64,000 bases of DNA from Phoronis australis (GCA_002633005.1 NMRA01000826.1:66978-130977); one strand, 5' to 3'. Positions 13,656-26,296 are shown, counted from the stretch's first letter. The notes: generated by a model from the sequence alone, not told the origin. Numbers and translations: made by a program.

Positions 13656-13799
13656 GGTGGTATCAGTGGGTTCTTCAGCATGCTGCTAGACGCTGCCAAT
13701 GACCGCCCGTGGCTGTATGCCATCTACCTCGTCGTTGTACTCCTCCCTGTTGTCGTCCTCTCCATTTTTCTATGTCCGTCCAAGCCACAGATTCCAGAG
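13656..13799 (+). CDS. CANX: Calnexin transmembrane exon B (alternative)
   Basis: GGISGFFSMLLDAANDRPWLYAIYLVVVLLPVVVLSIFLCPSKPQIPE; branch-point-like gctaac at 13635; phase 0-0. Confidence 0.9.
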
Positions 13800-15077
13800 G
13801 TAGACAGTTTTCTGTTAACATGAATGTCTTTCAGCTATGCAGGATGTGATACGTGAGCTTTAGCCAAGTTTGAAGCAGTATGCAGTGTTGACTTACTCTA
13901 TGTGTTAGTCCTGCCTGATAGGTTTACAGTGACACTTAAACATGTACTTGCATGCTTCTAACTATGCTAATGTACAGCAGGAACTAAACGACAATGCTAT
14001 TTGAACAACTGTGCTAAATAAAGAGCAGTTGTATTCACTTGTAAATGTGAAAACAAAAAACTCTGCAAATAGGTGACCTTTGCACTTATGGGGCTCACAT
14101 AGCCCGCATCATGCAGTGTTATTCCCCAACACCACGTCGCGATACTTATTGGATACAGTTGTGTGATTTACAGCGGATCATTATCGACACAAAACTCATT
14201 CTTAAAAACATTTGGCAATTTTCAACCTACTTCATATTCTCATCATCGCTATATGTTGTGTGTCTAACTAATTTGACCGAGCAAACACAGAGATATGGAA
14301 TTAGTGTGCTAGTTCAACTTTAACTTGTTACCATGTTTATGTACAGCCCACATGTACAGTGTAGTAGAACTCCAGTTAGGGAAAAATTAATAACTTTGCC
14401 CTAGACCAGAGCTTGTACTAAATTTTAGAAATAGGCACTACTGACTGTCCCAAATTCAAGAGTCACCAGAAATACTTAAAAATTAACTGCTAAGTATGTT
14501 TTGTCGGACTGTCTTGATACAAAACCCTATGTCTGAAATTTGAGAAATGTAACGACTGCGACAATCGCCCATCTTCAGAATCAAGGAAATTCAATCTCTG
14601 CCGGAACATTGGTGTCCCAAATTTTAGAAACTTTCCCAAATTGGAAAATTTGCACCAGTAATCAGTATCGTCTGTTACTCCTCGTAATTACTAGTGGAAT
14701 TCTCCATCACAACTTTTGAGCGCAAACAGAATTCACGGTCATCGTTACCATCTTGGCGGGGAGCGACTGTTGAATTTTACTAGAGTTAAGATCTAATCAA
14801 GTGTAAACAAACATTGTGGCAGATACAGCAAGGTGCAAACAAAGAAATACGATGCATACTTAAGTTGATCACACATGGTCACACTGCTACATGCTTGAGT
14901 GACCAGTTGTGCTTCAAAATTGTATTGGGTGGCGTAGTTGAATATTAAGGTCTTCCTTTGGCTATGAAATGCACTGGCAGTTGTGTTAACATATGCATGT
15001 GTACATTATTCTTATGTGAATCTTGACGACAAACAATTCTATGCATGAAACTGTCATATAATCTAGGACTCCCTATC

Positions 15078-15500
15078 ATTCACTGCTGTATGTATCCTGT
15101 GTCACAGTGACTATATGCTTTGTCATAGTGACTGTATCCCATATCACAGTGTCTGTATCCTGTGTCACACAGTCCCATACTCCTTAACATTCACTGCTGT
15201 ATATATCCAGTGTCACAGTGTCTATACCTGTCACGGTGACTATGTGCTGTGTCACACAGTCCCATACTCCTTAACATTCACTGCTGTATATATCTAGTGT
15301 CACAGTGTCTATACCTGTCACAGTGACTATGTGCTGTGTCACAGTGACTATATCCTGTGTCACACAGTCCCATACTCCTTAACATTCACTGCTGTATATA
15401 TCCAGTGTCATAGCATCTATATCCTGTCACAATGACTATGTGCTGTGTCACAGTGTCTATATCCTGTGTCACACAGTCTCATACTCCTTAACATTCACTG
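15078..15500. repeat. Complex TGTCACAG-based minisatellite; shorter copy at ~7015-7170
   Basis: repeated tactccttaacattcactgctgtat and tgtgtcacag units. Confidence 0.85.
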
Positions 15501-15626
15501 CTGTATTGATCCTGTGTCGCAGTGTTGATATGCTGTGTCACTCTACACATACAGCTACATTAACTGTCCTTCTTCACAGCAGCTCGTGGCTAATGTTCGT
15601 GAGTCTGTGTTTGGACGGGGACAACA
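15501..15626 (+). ncRNA. Candidate intronic H/ACA snoRNA, copy 3
   Basis: same layout; ACATTA 15557-15562, ACA at 15621. Confidence 0.38.
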
Positions 15627-15911
15627 TATCCTTGTTAAGATAGTGGTTGTAAACTTAGTTGGATTACCATTATAATTTATTACAATATTCTGAATCTCGG
15701 TAACATTTTACAAGAACACCACGGTATGTTGTCTTGATCGTTTTAGCTATTGAGCTGAGCTGTGTAACCAATTGTATATTATTACACAATGTTAGGTTGC
15801 CTATTGCATGATGAACTCGCCACGAACTTATTGTCTAGACATCTTCTTGTCCTAATCTCCCTGGATATCATTATCTCGTGTTTCTTAACCAATGCACACA
15901 ATTTTTGTCAG

Positions 15912-16085
15912 GCTGAAGATGATGCAGGTGAACGAAAGAAGACTGATGAAGCAACGGCAGACGATGCAATAGACGAAGAGGAGGAGGAGCCTGAACAAGA
16001 AAGTGATGAGGTAGCAGCGGGGGCGGGTGATGCGCCGGAGGTGGAACAAACCAAGAAGAAAGGCAAGAGTGCCTTAGATGCAGAG
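15912..16085 (+). CDS. CANX: Calnexin exon (acidic cytosolic tail)
   Basis: AEDDAGERKKTDEATADDAIDEEEEE...; conserved KKTD; donor gtgagt. Confidence 0.92.
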
Positions 16086-16147
16086 GTGAGTTAAGTGTCA
16101 GGCAGTGGCTTTATAAAGAGATGAGTCATTGGGAGGGGTGGGTGGAT

Positions 16148-16370
16148 TGGTTTGTAGGGGAAGTGTGTAGGTTAAACGGACAGATGAGTTGCTGGGACAG
16201 GTTGGTTTGTAGGGGAAGTGTGTAGGTTAAACGGACAGATGAGTTGCTGGGACAGGTTGGTTTGTAGGGGAAGTGTGTAGGTTAAACGGACAGATGAGTT
16301 GCTGGGACAGGTTGGTTTGTAGGGGAAGTGTGTAGGTTAAACGGACAGATGAGTTGCTGGGACAGGTTGG
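16148..16370. repeat. ~54-bp tandem repeat x4, followed by a ~37-bp repeat x3 (16425-16535)
   Basis: ggtttgtaggggaagtgtgtaggttaaacggacagatgagttgctgggacaggtt repeated exactly. Confidence 0.92.
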
Positions 16371-16846
16371 GTGAAAGCGTGAGCAATTTGTGATTCGATG
16401 TTGTGCAAGGTCATAGCAGTGCTTTGTTGTATAACCTGCCGTGTGCACTACTTATTGTATTTGTTGTATAACCTGCTGTGTGCACTACTTACTGTATTTG
16501 TTGTATAACCTGACGTGTGCACTACTTATTGTATTATTGCTCACTTGTACCCATCTCCAATACTGATTTAAATACTGAAAGCGATGCCACCAAAAGTGTG
16601 CCATTGCACTTAATCAATGCAAACTGTTGGTCTAAACAACTCATTCCTTACTTATATAGATGAGATGTGATTTCTGAGTTAAGATTTGACATCTTGTTAT
16701 TCATGGAGATCATGCTGGGCGTATCAGATTACAAGCCAATATGTAGAGCCTGATCTCAAGTAATAACGAAATGTCATTTCTAAGGAGGTCTAAAATAACC
16801 TTCAATTTACTAAGGAACAATATGAGACCAATATCACAATGATAAG

Positions 16847-18184
16847 CAGGGACTCATCTAGCGACCGTCATTGGATGCCACGGCAATGATGGCATGGCCA
16901 AGACAGAAAAGACGGCAAGACAACCTTGGCGAAAATGACAGCTAAATGAAGAATTTTAGCATTTATGATCAATAAATTTTATTGAAACTCACAATCCATT
17001 GTTTTTAGTTTGATAAATATTCAGAAATAACTCGACATTAGAGACTATTGCTGTCTATTTCTACTATAAATGTCACAATGACTCGGCAAATACTGGCAGC
17101 CATGTTTTTTGGGGAATACCTTCCTGTTGTTTGTGATGTCAGGGTGACCTTATATGGAATTTCCAGCATGGCGAGTGGAGAAATATTGTATCCAGCGCTA
17201 ACTAACCGTACATGGAACTTAATGTTTGCCGTACCCCTAATGCTCGTTGCCGAAATAGGAGAACCTTTATGATGAAAAAAATGATACCTGTCGACTGACC
17301 TGCCGTACAAATGCCACGAGTGTCGTTGAACATGCAAACCAGATAAAACTGAGCGCCAACTTCCCTAATTTGTTTGCACTGTTCCGTTGCAACTCGAACG
17401 AATAGATGAAAAAATTAATACAAAATCTGCTCATGCCGAACGACATATATTGATGTGCGAGAACACAGTGCAAACTTGACAGTCACGAAAAAATGAAATG
17501 TTTCATCTAATGTTGGTTACCTGTCCAATGACTAACTTAGCATGTAAGTAAAAGCCTTGATTTGAAATACTTTTTGTGAAATTCCACGATTATTGGGCGA
17601 TTCGAGTTTGCTCTGTGTGTGGCACTGCTGTATATGGAAAACGGTCACCCAGTCACATTCACAACACCTGTTACTTCGGCTGTGAAGCAGGCCGCGATTT
17701 GGGTCTTAAAACTGCAAGAAAATAATGGTTCTTTTTAGGAATATATTTGTTGTAGCATAGTATGAAAAAGTGGTTGATTTTGGGCCTGGTAAGTGTCAAC
17801 AAAGCATCCATTTACAATCCACTGCAGAAGACGCTAAAAACCACAATGTCCCCGGCAACCACTGGCGGCACTTGTAGCCAAACTCTAGGCGACTCCAAAT
17901 TTTGCGATTAAAACACTCGGAAAAACGATTGGAAAACGTCAAAATATGAGCACCTAATTCAAACACAGTTCTGACATGTTTTTTTTTTGTCATCATCTTA
18001 CACGAGGCCAAGTCTGGGTACCGAAGCGCAGGTGTAAATATGCCGTCACTCCTATTTTCGAGCGGAGATTTTTGCTTGTGTTGAGTGCCGGTGGGCCTGA
18101 GTTGTGAATTTCTTGAGGATATGTGTCCACATTTTCACAAATTTAATTTGGACCCCAACTTTTCAAATCGTAGATGAGTGCCTG
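16847..18184. mobile_element. Non-autonomous hAT element
   Basis: TIR CAGG(G/C)ACTCATCTA; perfect 8-bp target duplication ATGATAAG (16839-16846, 18185-18192). Confidence 0.88.
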
Positions 18185-18297
18185 ATGATAAGTGAACTAA
18201 ATCAAAGGTGGATTTTTATAACAACAAACACTTAAAGTTCTTGTTCATGTTTACAAATGATCAATTAATTAGTTAATTGATGTTGATTGATTTTAAG

Positions 18298-18390
18298 GAG
18301 GAAGAAGAGGAGAATGAAGGTGAAGGAGAGATTGACGAGGAGGTCACACGGAGGTCATCACCAAGGAAGAGGAAACAAAGGAAGGATTAG
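18298..18390 (+). CDS. CANX: Calnexin last coding exon
   Basis: EEEEENEGEGEIDEEVTRRSSPRKRKQRKD*, matching the calnexin SPR..RK.R(K/R)(D/E) C-terminus; AATAAA at 18993, 19810 and 20625 downstream. Confidence 0.92.
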   Translation, partial: EEEEENEGEGEIDEEVTRRSSPRKRKQRKD

Positions 18391-21011
18391 GTTGTTGTGC
18401 TGTCGTCCAGTTGGAAACCACCTGCAGGAGCTATTAAATTCTATAAGCAATCTGACGAGCATACTTTAGTCATAACATTGAATAATTGTGTTACAGGTAT
18501 CATAAAAAACAAGCCTTGTCATAGGACTTACACTCATACTTGTTGTTAAGTTTATTTGTTGCAATGTTTATGTTAAACATTTATCTCTGTCAGTGGTGTG
18601 TACATAATGTCCAATCCAACAGTTTTGTACAGTACAGCACTGCTATGTATATCTGGTGTTACACGATCTATGGTCATCTTTTACTGCTTTAATGATGTTA
18701 TTTGTGACCATTAACGAGTATCAGGTTAGATAATTTGTATTTTTTTGTAACAACTGTTAGTGTGGAGGTTGTTTGCTCGATTCTCCTGGACAAGTGAACG
18801 TAAATGTGTGAGAAATAACTTCACAACAGGTATGACTTGTTGGGAGTGCTACACTTAGTACTTGTGCTAGTTGAATGTGCTTCACTTTCTTACCACATAC
18901 TCACATTCGATCCAAACATTCAGTTAGACTACATGACCTTCAACTCTTCTAAACTATTGTGTAACACTTAGGTCAGCCTCTAGGCTTATATTAATAAAAC
19001 TAAAAAAACATTTGTAGTTAACCAGACGTTGTGGAAGGTGTGTGGGTGGTTGATATATGTGTTGGTCTTGCACCAGTAGTTTAGTCAAAGCTTTAATTTT
19101 GAACATTTCAAATTTGGTCACTGGTAAACAGGTAGTGCATGCGGTTGTTGACTTGTGCGAGTTTACGTGTACTGGCTAGCAGTAGTACACAGCAGACACT
19201 GCCAGTGGACCACTCAGCCAGGATAAACAGGACTAAGGAAATTGTTTCTAGTCAGTGTTTTGTTTCTGTAAGTAAGAATTGAGTGCAGTCGGCAGAAGTG
19301 ATATGGCTAAACCACTTCATTGCTCTGGAGTGTGTTGTGATGGTAAATGCCACTTCCTTCAGAGTTGCACACGCTCATATCACAGCTTACTGCTGTATTT
19401 TGGTTTCCGTCTGTGCACAACTCCTGGGTTTATTAATATCCGGAATAGTTTCAGTTATGTTGCTCTATTAATCCTTCATTTTCTTGTAGGATTTTAGTTG
19501 GACAGGAAGATTTTGGAGGCAAGTCACTGATTTTCTTAGGCAAGCAAAATTGTGTAATTGAAAATCATAATTTTGATTGATGTAGAGCAAACGTTTAGTA
19601 ATGTTGGTACCTTGCTCATTTGTGCAACACGGTTTGGGCTGTCCATGAGCTGTTGATTGGTCTAGTTAGCAAGTTAGATACTACACTGTATATTTGTACA
19701 TTGTGTTATTGATTTTTATTAGATTAACACAGGGAACCCATCAGTTTTTATCTGATTTTGATCATTGTTGTATATTTCAGTTCCTTTACAAGTTGTGTAT
19801 TTCAATCATAATAAATGTTACCTGTTTATGTTTCTGTCCTTTGCTGCTCTGGTTGCAGGGCCATTCACTGAATGCCTCTGAAGGATGATTTAGAATGCAA
19901 GCAAGTGTGAAAACAGATTTTTTGCTCTTTTCCACAGGAAGAGCGAGAGTGAAATATTTCAATACATATTTTGTTTGTGTACTTTTCCATGGTGGTATGA
20001 ATATAGTGTACTATTATTCCATCACTGATCTGGTTACAGAAACTTTCAATATACCAAAGTATATTCTATGGTCATTTTGATACCAGTCATCTGCTGCTAC
20101 CAACGTTTTATTGTTGCATTGTGACCTGATGTATAATAACTGACCAGCCTAATCTTTCTGGAACTGAGGTCGATCATACCATGCATTTTTCTTCCCCAAC
20201 AAAAACAAAAATATCAAAATTGACTGCATAACGAAATTGTAAGCCTCCATTTGCTTCAGTGTCTGAAAAAATGAAAGTCCAACCTGGAGCACTGATCCCA
20301 CCAAAATAAGGCTCACAACTTGACAATTATAGAACTTCATTTCTGTTGAACATGAATAATGCCAAGAGCATCTACAAACCAGAAACATTTCAGAACATCA
20401 CCAGGCTAACCTAAAAAATTAAAATTGACTGCATTCACCGAGTGGAGCAAATGAATAAAGGTTTTCTATTAAAATGCATGAAGTAGATCAACAGTAAACG
20501 TTTATCAGCATTGTATTGTTGAGGACTACATGTGATTACCTTTTCAACAACCTATTGAAGTGTTCAGCCAATCACAACTTGGTTGTTAATTTTTCAGTCT
20601 AACCTTTGTTTCCACTTTTTTTTGTAATAAAACTGAAACATTGAAAATTCTACCTGTAATTGTGGACCAGTAGATGACGTATGCTGTAGTTTTCTTTTGT
20701 TTCTCTATTTATAACAGAATTGTTCAGTTACATTTCTTGCGTATTTCTATCAAGAAAGTGCAATGTCGCAGCATCAAAAGCCTTAGTCTCCAATACCTCA
20801 TGTGCCCAAGGTTGATTTTATATTGTTAGTTGGTAGGGCGTGATTAACCATGATTTTATCTAATCACAAACAGTGGCAAACAACTCTGGCCTAATTTACA
20901 AAAGCTTTACAACCTAAAATTTCGAGAAGATGACCTTTGTTGTGTTTTTCAGCAAGCAAAAGTAATTTAGTGAAGTCTTACATTTTTAAAAATCGGTGAG
21001 CCATAAACTTA

Positions 21012-22114
21012 AACAAGAGCAACGCAGAGCGTTGAAATGCGCCCACAATTGCACCGCCAACGGTATCCTTCTAGGGTTGTTTATTGGTACCATAAAGTGG
21101 CCAGTAGAGGGCATATATGTAGTATGTTGTACTTAGCAAAATGGAAAGGCATGGTCATTGTCTCCTCAATAGGCTAGGGGCAAAATGTGAGTAATCTTCA
21201 TAATACAAGCACATCCTATACACCAGTTGCTTAAAGCACCACAGAAACATAGAATTAAAAACAAATTTACCAACATACAAGATTAGCACAGCATTAGAAT
21301 GCCAGAAACAAATTTCTACTTGGAACTTTTCCTTCACAGTCACGAAGTAACACAAAGTATACACCTGAAGACCTATGAAAATACAGAGGTCAATGTAAAA
21401 TNNNNNNNNNNNNNNNNNNNNNNNNNNNNNNNNNNNNNNNNNNNNNNNNNNNNNNNNNNNNNNNNNNNNNNNNNNNNNNNNNNNNNNNNNNNNNNNNNNN
21501 NNNNNNNNNNNNNNNNNNNNNNNNNNNNNNNNNNNNNNNNNNNNNNNNNNNNNNNNNNNNNNNNNNNNNNNNNNNNNNNNNNNNNNNNNNNNNNNNNNNN
21601 NNNNNNNNNNNNNNNNNNNNNNNNNNNNNNNNNNNNNNNNNNNNNNNNNNNNNNNNNNNNNNNNNNNNNNNNNNNNNNNNNNNNNNNNNNNNNNNNNNNN
21701 NNNNNNNNNNNNNNNNNNNNNNNNNNNNNNNNNNNNNNNNNNNNNNNNNNNNNNNNNNNNNNNNNNNNNNNNNNNNNNNNNNNNNNNNNNNNNNNNNNNN
21801 NNNNNNNGTCATCTCACTAATAGGTGCCAACATACCAACTTTCATGAAAATTCGTTCAGGACTTTTGAAGATACAAAGGTAAGCGTAAAAAACTAAAATT
21901 GCCACTAGGGGGCACACCGGTAGTCGGATCCGTCCGAAAGTTCGCACATGCAGTCCCATTCATGAATGGAACATATGTGCCAAATTTCATGAACGTATGT
22001 CAAAGGGTTTTGGAGATAGAGCAGCGGACGCCGACCGGACGGACGGACAAACGGACGGACGGACAGAGATGACGGCATAATGCGTCCACATATAAATATG
22101 TGGGCGCATAAAAA
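21012..22114 (-). mobile_element. DINE-1/HINE-like non-autonomous Helentron element (spans the N gap)
   Basis: on minus strand: T-run, ATGCGCCCA subTIR with partial inverted repeat, (GTCC)n, body, TGGGCGCAT subTIR, CAACGC-TCT-GCGTTG stem-loop, CTTGTT. Confidence 0.8.
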
Positions 22115-22776
22115 GGCACCGGAAAGACTTTGGCTTAGTGACTGCTGTTTACATTAATTGACTTCTAATTAGATTTCCACCTCAATCCAGAGGTCTCTAG
22201 TCTACATACAATAGAGAGGTCTCTACAGCTCTACATACAATAGAGAAGTTCAATAAGCAGTGCAAACCAGTTTAGATTTTCAAAAATACTTTGAGGGTAA
22301 CAGACTGTAACTGCAGAAAATCTTGTGCATGGGTCAAGTGTCGGACTGACTTGAGATTTGTGCCAGAAACTCTCCTGATTTGAATGATGTTGACTGTTCA
22401 AGTTAGCCTTGGTATGACATGTACAACTCCATGTAATATATTCCTAAACTTCAGACATAAACATCCAGCTGACTCGCCATCGCCCAATGCGTTGTTAAAT
22501 GCATGTCCTCGGAAAATGTTGATTAACTTATAAACATCCAATTGGCTGCCATCTTCCAGTGTGTCTCTTTAAAAGCAGGTCCTCAATCAATGTTCATAAA
22601 TGTATCATCCCAAGATAGTAAAATGGTATCACCAATTGCAATGTGACGGTAGGATTTTGAAGCATTACCTTGAACACTTGTGTGGGCTCATGTCAAGAGA
22701 CAGCACTGCACTGTAAAGCACTGTAAGCAGTATGGATGTCCACAGCACAATAATAAAGAGTGTGAGGTTAACTTAT

Positions 22777-22942
22777 TCAGCCCGGCTGATGATTCTGTCT
22801 TAGTTTTCTCCATGAATCAGATTGTGACCTTCTCTCGTTATCGTCTAACCACTGGAGTAGCGCAGATACAATGAAAGTTTCACAGTTCAACATAAGGCCT
22901 ACTGCGTAACTGGCACATGCGAAGTCTGCATCTTCTGTTCCA
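22777..22942 (-). CDS. FANCF: FANCF-like probable last coding exon
   Basis: ttttgtag acceptor, phase 2; GTEDADFACASYAVGLMLNCETFIVSALLQWLDDNERRSQSDSWRKLRQNHQPG*; terminal SW..L resembles FANCF SIWTDL. Confidence 0.45.
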
Positions 22943-24299
22943 CTACAAAATATGTAAAGATTTAATATGGCTGCCACTAGGAACCACTAACACTAATTAC
23001 GACACACATGCCCACAAAATCCTTTGCACACAATTTCAAAACATTGCACCTGCTCAACTTAGGATGTTACGGTTTGCCAAGAAAGATGGACCATTGGAAA
23101 CTTGTCCCATTTCACAGTACCTTGTACTGCATCAATAGATTTGTGCAAAAACAACGGTTGTCGAGAAGCTTGTTCATAAGGAATGCAAATTTAAGGTCCT
23201 GTATACAGCTCAGCAATTTCAGCATTAGCGATGATTTCAGAAAACTGCTTTAAAATATAACTTCCAAAGTTATAAACCAGAATCACTTAGTCAATAAATT
23301 GTAATGTTGACTGCTTCTATGAAAACTTGTTACGTACCATTCCCCTGGATTGTTAAAGCCAAGAAATTTCCAACATCAGGATCTCGTCTAGTATCACATT
23401 CGATAATCATTAAACTTAACAAACAAGCTTAATGCTGTGGCAGAGTCAGAGCTTACAGTCACACAAAGGAATTGGCAGGTGAAAGTTACAATCTAATTTC
23501 GCTAAAACTCCACTGTTTTTGTCCATCCGATGTTTTTGGTGATAGTATTTTATACAGAACGCATCTTCATCACGACATTTGTTGAACGTCGTTTGGAACT
23601 AGGGTTAGTGACAGGAGCACTGTTTACAACATGATTGGTGGATTACACGATCTTATCAGACGAACGCAGACAATGAGAGAGTTGGACTACATGTAAACAT
23701 TGGTTTGACAACTTTCTTCCGTTGCTTTCGCTTTTGAACTCGTCTGAGAACGACACTTGTGTATCCTGACCAGCTCATCAGTGAAATCGGGATACTCATC
23801 CCACAGCACGGGGGCATAACGATGTAACATTTTATTCTTTCACTTTTTTTACTTCATCAAGAGTCAAATCCGCTACATATGTATCACTGATGTCAACTTT
23901 ACCACTGCACCACCAGCATGTGCCCCCAACTAAAAGTCTTAATCCCTTCTTAGTATTTGATCATGATTCTGACATCACTTTTGTTTTTAAATAACCCGTA
24001 AAATATAAAGTACTAAGTTAATACTACATCAAGTCCCACCTTCCCAATGTTGCACTGCACCACCAGTACTTAGTGAAAGTGAATAATTGCATAACATCGA
24101 GCAATAAATTGGTGATTTTTAAAATTGTTAAGCTTCTGAAATTGAATTTCTCCAAAAAGTTAGGTTAGGATTATTTCTACCAGAAGATTTTTTGTGTACT
24201 TAATACGTTTAGTCACTTAGATATCATGATTGGATGAGGCTGGGGGTTAGGGAAGCCCCAACTACAATACACACTCTTACAATAATAGTTATATGAAAA

Positions 24300-25040
24300 T
24301 TATTACAACAAAAAGAAGAACATATTAACAAAGCAATAAAAATAAAATAATAAAATTGGGCGTAATATAAAATTAATATACTATCACTATGAATAGGGGT
24401 GAAAGGAAAGGGGAAAGGGGAGGACTTTCAACACTCATTCACACTCATACTCAAACTTGAAGAAAAGTAACTGTACAATAACTTCAAAAAACAATATACT
24501 AACTTTCTAAAATAGTTATTCAATGCAAAAAAACTGTTCCATTATTCAGAGAGATGCCTGCAAAAACCCTCCACAGATCTACAGTTTTGTCCGAGACATT
24601 GATGGCAGTACTATTTACTGTTTCAAACAGTTTGAATTTAAACATATTAAAACAAGGTGGAGGCCCCTTGGAGACCCCTGTCTTGATGGAGTATACAATG
24701 AGATATAGTATCTGGGAGTAATATGATTATAGTCCTAGATAGTATTGAGCATGGGTGTACAGGGTGTTGAATACTTCACATTCTCCTGAAAAGTTAGGTT
24801 GGGATCACTTTTGCCTGAAGAAATGATAGCACACAAGAGCAACACTGAACATTAATAAGCACCCACTGTTTAGATTGCATAAACGGAGATATAAAAGAAG
24901 ATCATTATTTAAAATCTTTCCACTATAGGCTAAGGCCATAGCCCCAGTCACATCATCCTGTGACCAAGTCAGGGAAGAAACTTCAATTTTTGTGCGGCTA
25001 GATATATCTTCAAGCATTTGATATTCAAAACGTCCCCCCA
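24300..25040 (-). mobile_element. Possible decayed Tx1/L1 3' fragment
   Basis: weak zf-RVT-like remnant (KILNNDLLLYLRL..GCLL..YHFF) followed by a pyrimidine-rich tail. Confidence 0.25.
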
Positions 25041-25084
25041 ATTAAAGTAACACATTTTTTCCACGCTCTCCTAATATAACATCA

Positions 25085-25688
25085 AACAAGAGGTGGCAGT
25101 GTGCTACATCCTTAGCCAATCACAAGAAATGATGAAAAAATTGTTAATCAGGTGGCCAGTTGCAAAAATAAAATTTGTATAAATCTTGTGGTGATTGACA
25201 ACTCTACCAATTTCGCAGAGAATATGACTTGACAGCTTTTTTGAAAAACATGCCAATTTTCACAATCATCCTTTGAGCGGTTTGGTTGATAGAGGGGTAG
25301 ACGCACAAAAACAGAGTCGAAAACACTAAAAATGGCCACTAGGTGGCGCAAACTATGTGGAATCCATCTGAAAACAGGAGGATAGCGTCATCTCACTAAT
25401 AAGTGCCAACATACCAAATTTCATGAAAATCCGTTCAGGACTTTTGAAGATACAAAGGCAAGCGTAAAAAACTAAAATTGCCACTAGGAGGCACACCGCT
25501 AGTTGGATCCGTCCGAAAGTTCACACATGCCGTCCCATTCATGAATGGAACATATGTGCCTAATTTCATGAATGTATGTCAAAGGGTTTTGGAGATAGAG
25601 CAGCGGACACCGGACGCCGCCCGGACGGACGGATGGACGGAGATGACGGCATAATGTGTCCACATATAAATATGTGGGCGCATAAAAA
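25085..25688 (-). mobile_element. HINE-like element, variant end
   Basis: same terminal hairpin and GTCC tract; starts AACAAGAG on the + strand. Confidence 0.75.
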
Positions 25689-25791
25689 GGCGTGGATCCA
25701 TACACCGCAAGACAAAGCTTGCACTTGCAATAAAAAATCTTTGCTTATGGAACAAGCTCACTGACCAAGTACTTCAGGGTCGCCATATTGC

Positions 25792-25950
25792 TAGGATATA
25801 GGCTACGAAGTTAGGATACACGCTAAGAAGTTAGGATATAATCTGAGAAAACTGATCATAGACCGGAAAGCTAGGACATCGGCTAAGAAGCTACGATATA
25901 GGATAAGAAGCTACCATATAAGCTAAGAAGCCAGGATATAGGCTAAGAAG
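25792..25950. repeat. 20-bp degenerate tandem repeat (GGATATAGGCTAAGAAGCTA)
   Basis: seen directly. Confidence 0.85.
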
Positions 25951-26170
25951 CTTCTGAGTATACTTGCGAAATGTGATATTGCGAAATCTTGCTTTTAAGG
26001 AAGAAATTAGGCTAATGGAACACACTCGTGTTTGTGACTAACTGGCTGTAAATAACTACTTTAATGGTTTTATAGAGCCTCAGTTGACATCCATACTGAA
26101 TAACTTCATGTGAGTTCACAAATCCAATAAATTGCTCCTTAGGCTAGTGTTGAATACTGGGTGTACTTAC

Positions 26171-26296
26171 CTTGAGTCAATTATCCTTGCCAAATACCTC
26201 AAGTAGGCTTGGAAAAATGAATGGTACTTCGTTGACATGGCAGTAAGAATTTGGCCATCAATCTTCAGCAGGACTTGGGTATTGCCGTGGTCAGAG
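26171..26296 (-). CDS. FANCF: FANCF-like exon
   Basis: SDHGNTQVLLKIDGQILTAMSTKYHSFFQAYLRYLARIIDS, compare LPAGLLTLVTSRHPALSPVYLGLL; phase 2-2; donor gtaagt. Confidence 0.62.

Noticed and set aside
21299-21959. 173-aa and 189-aa ORFs
   Set aside because: Artefacts of the N gap inside a repeat.
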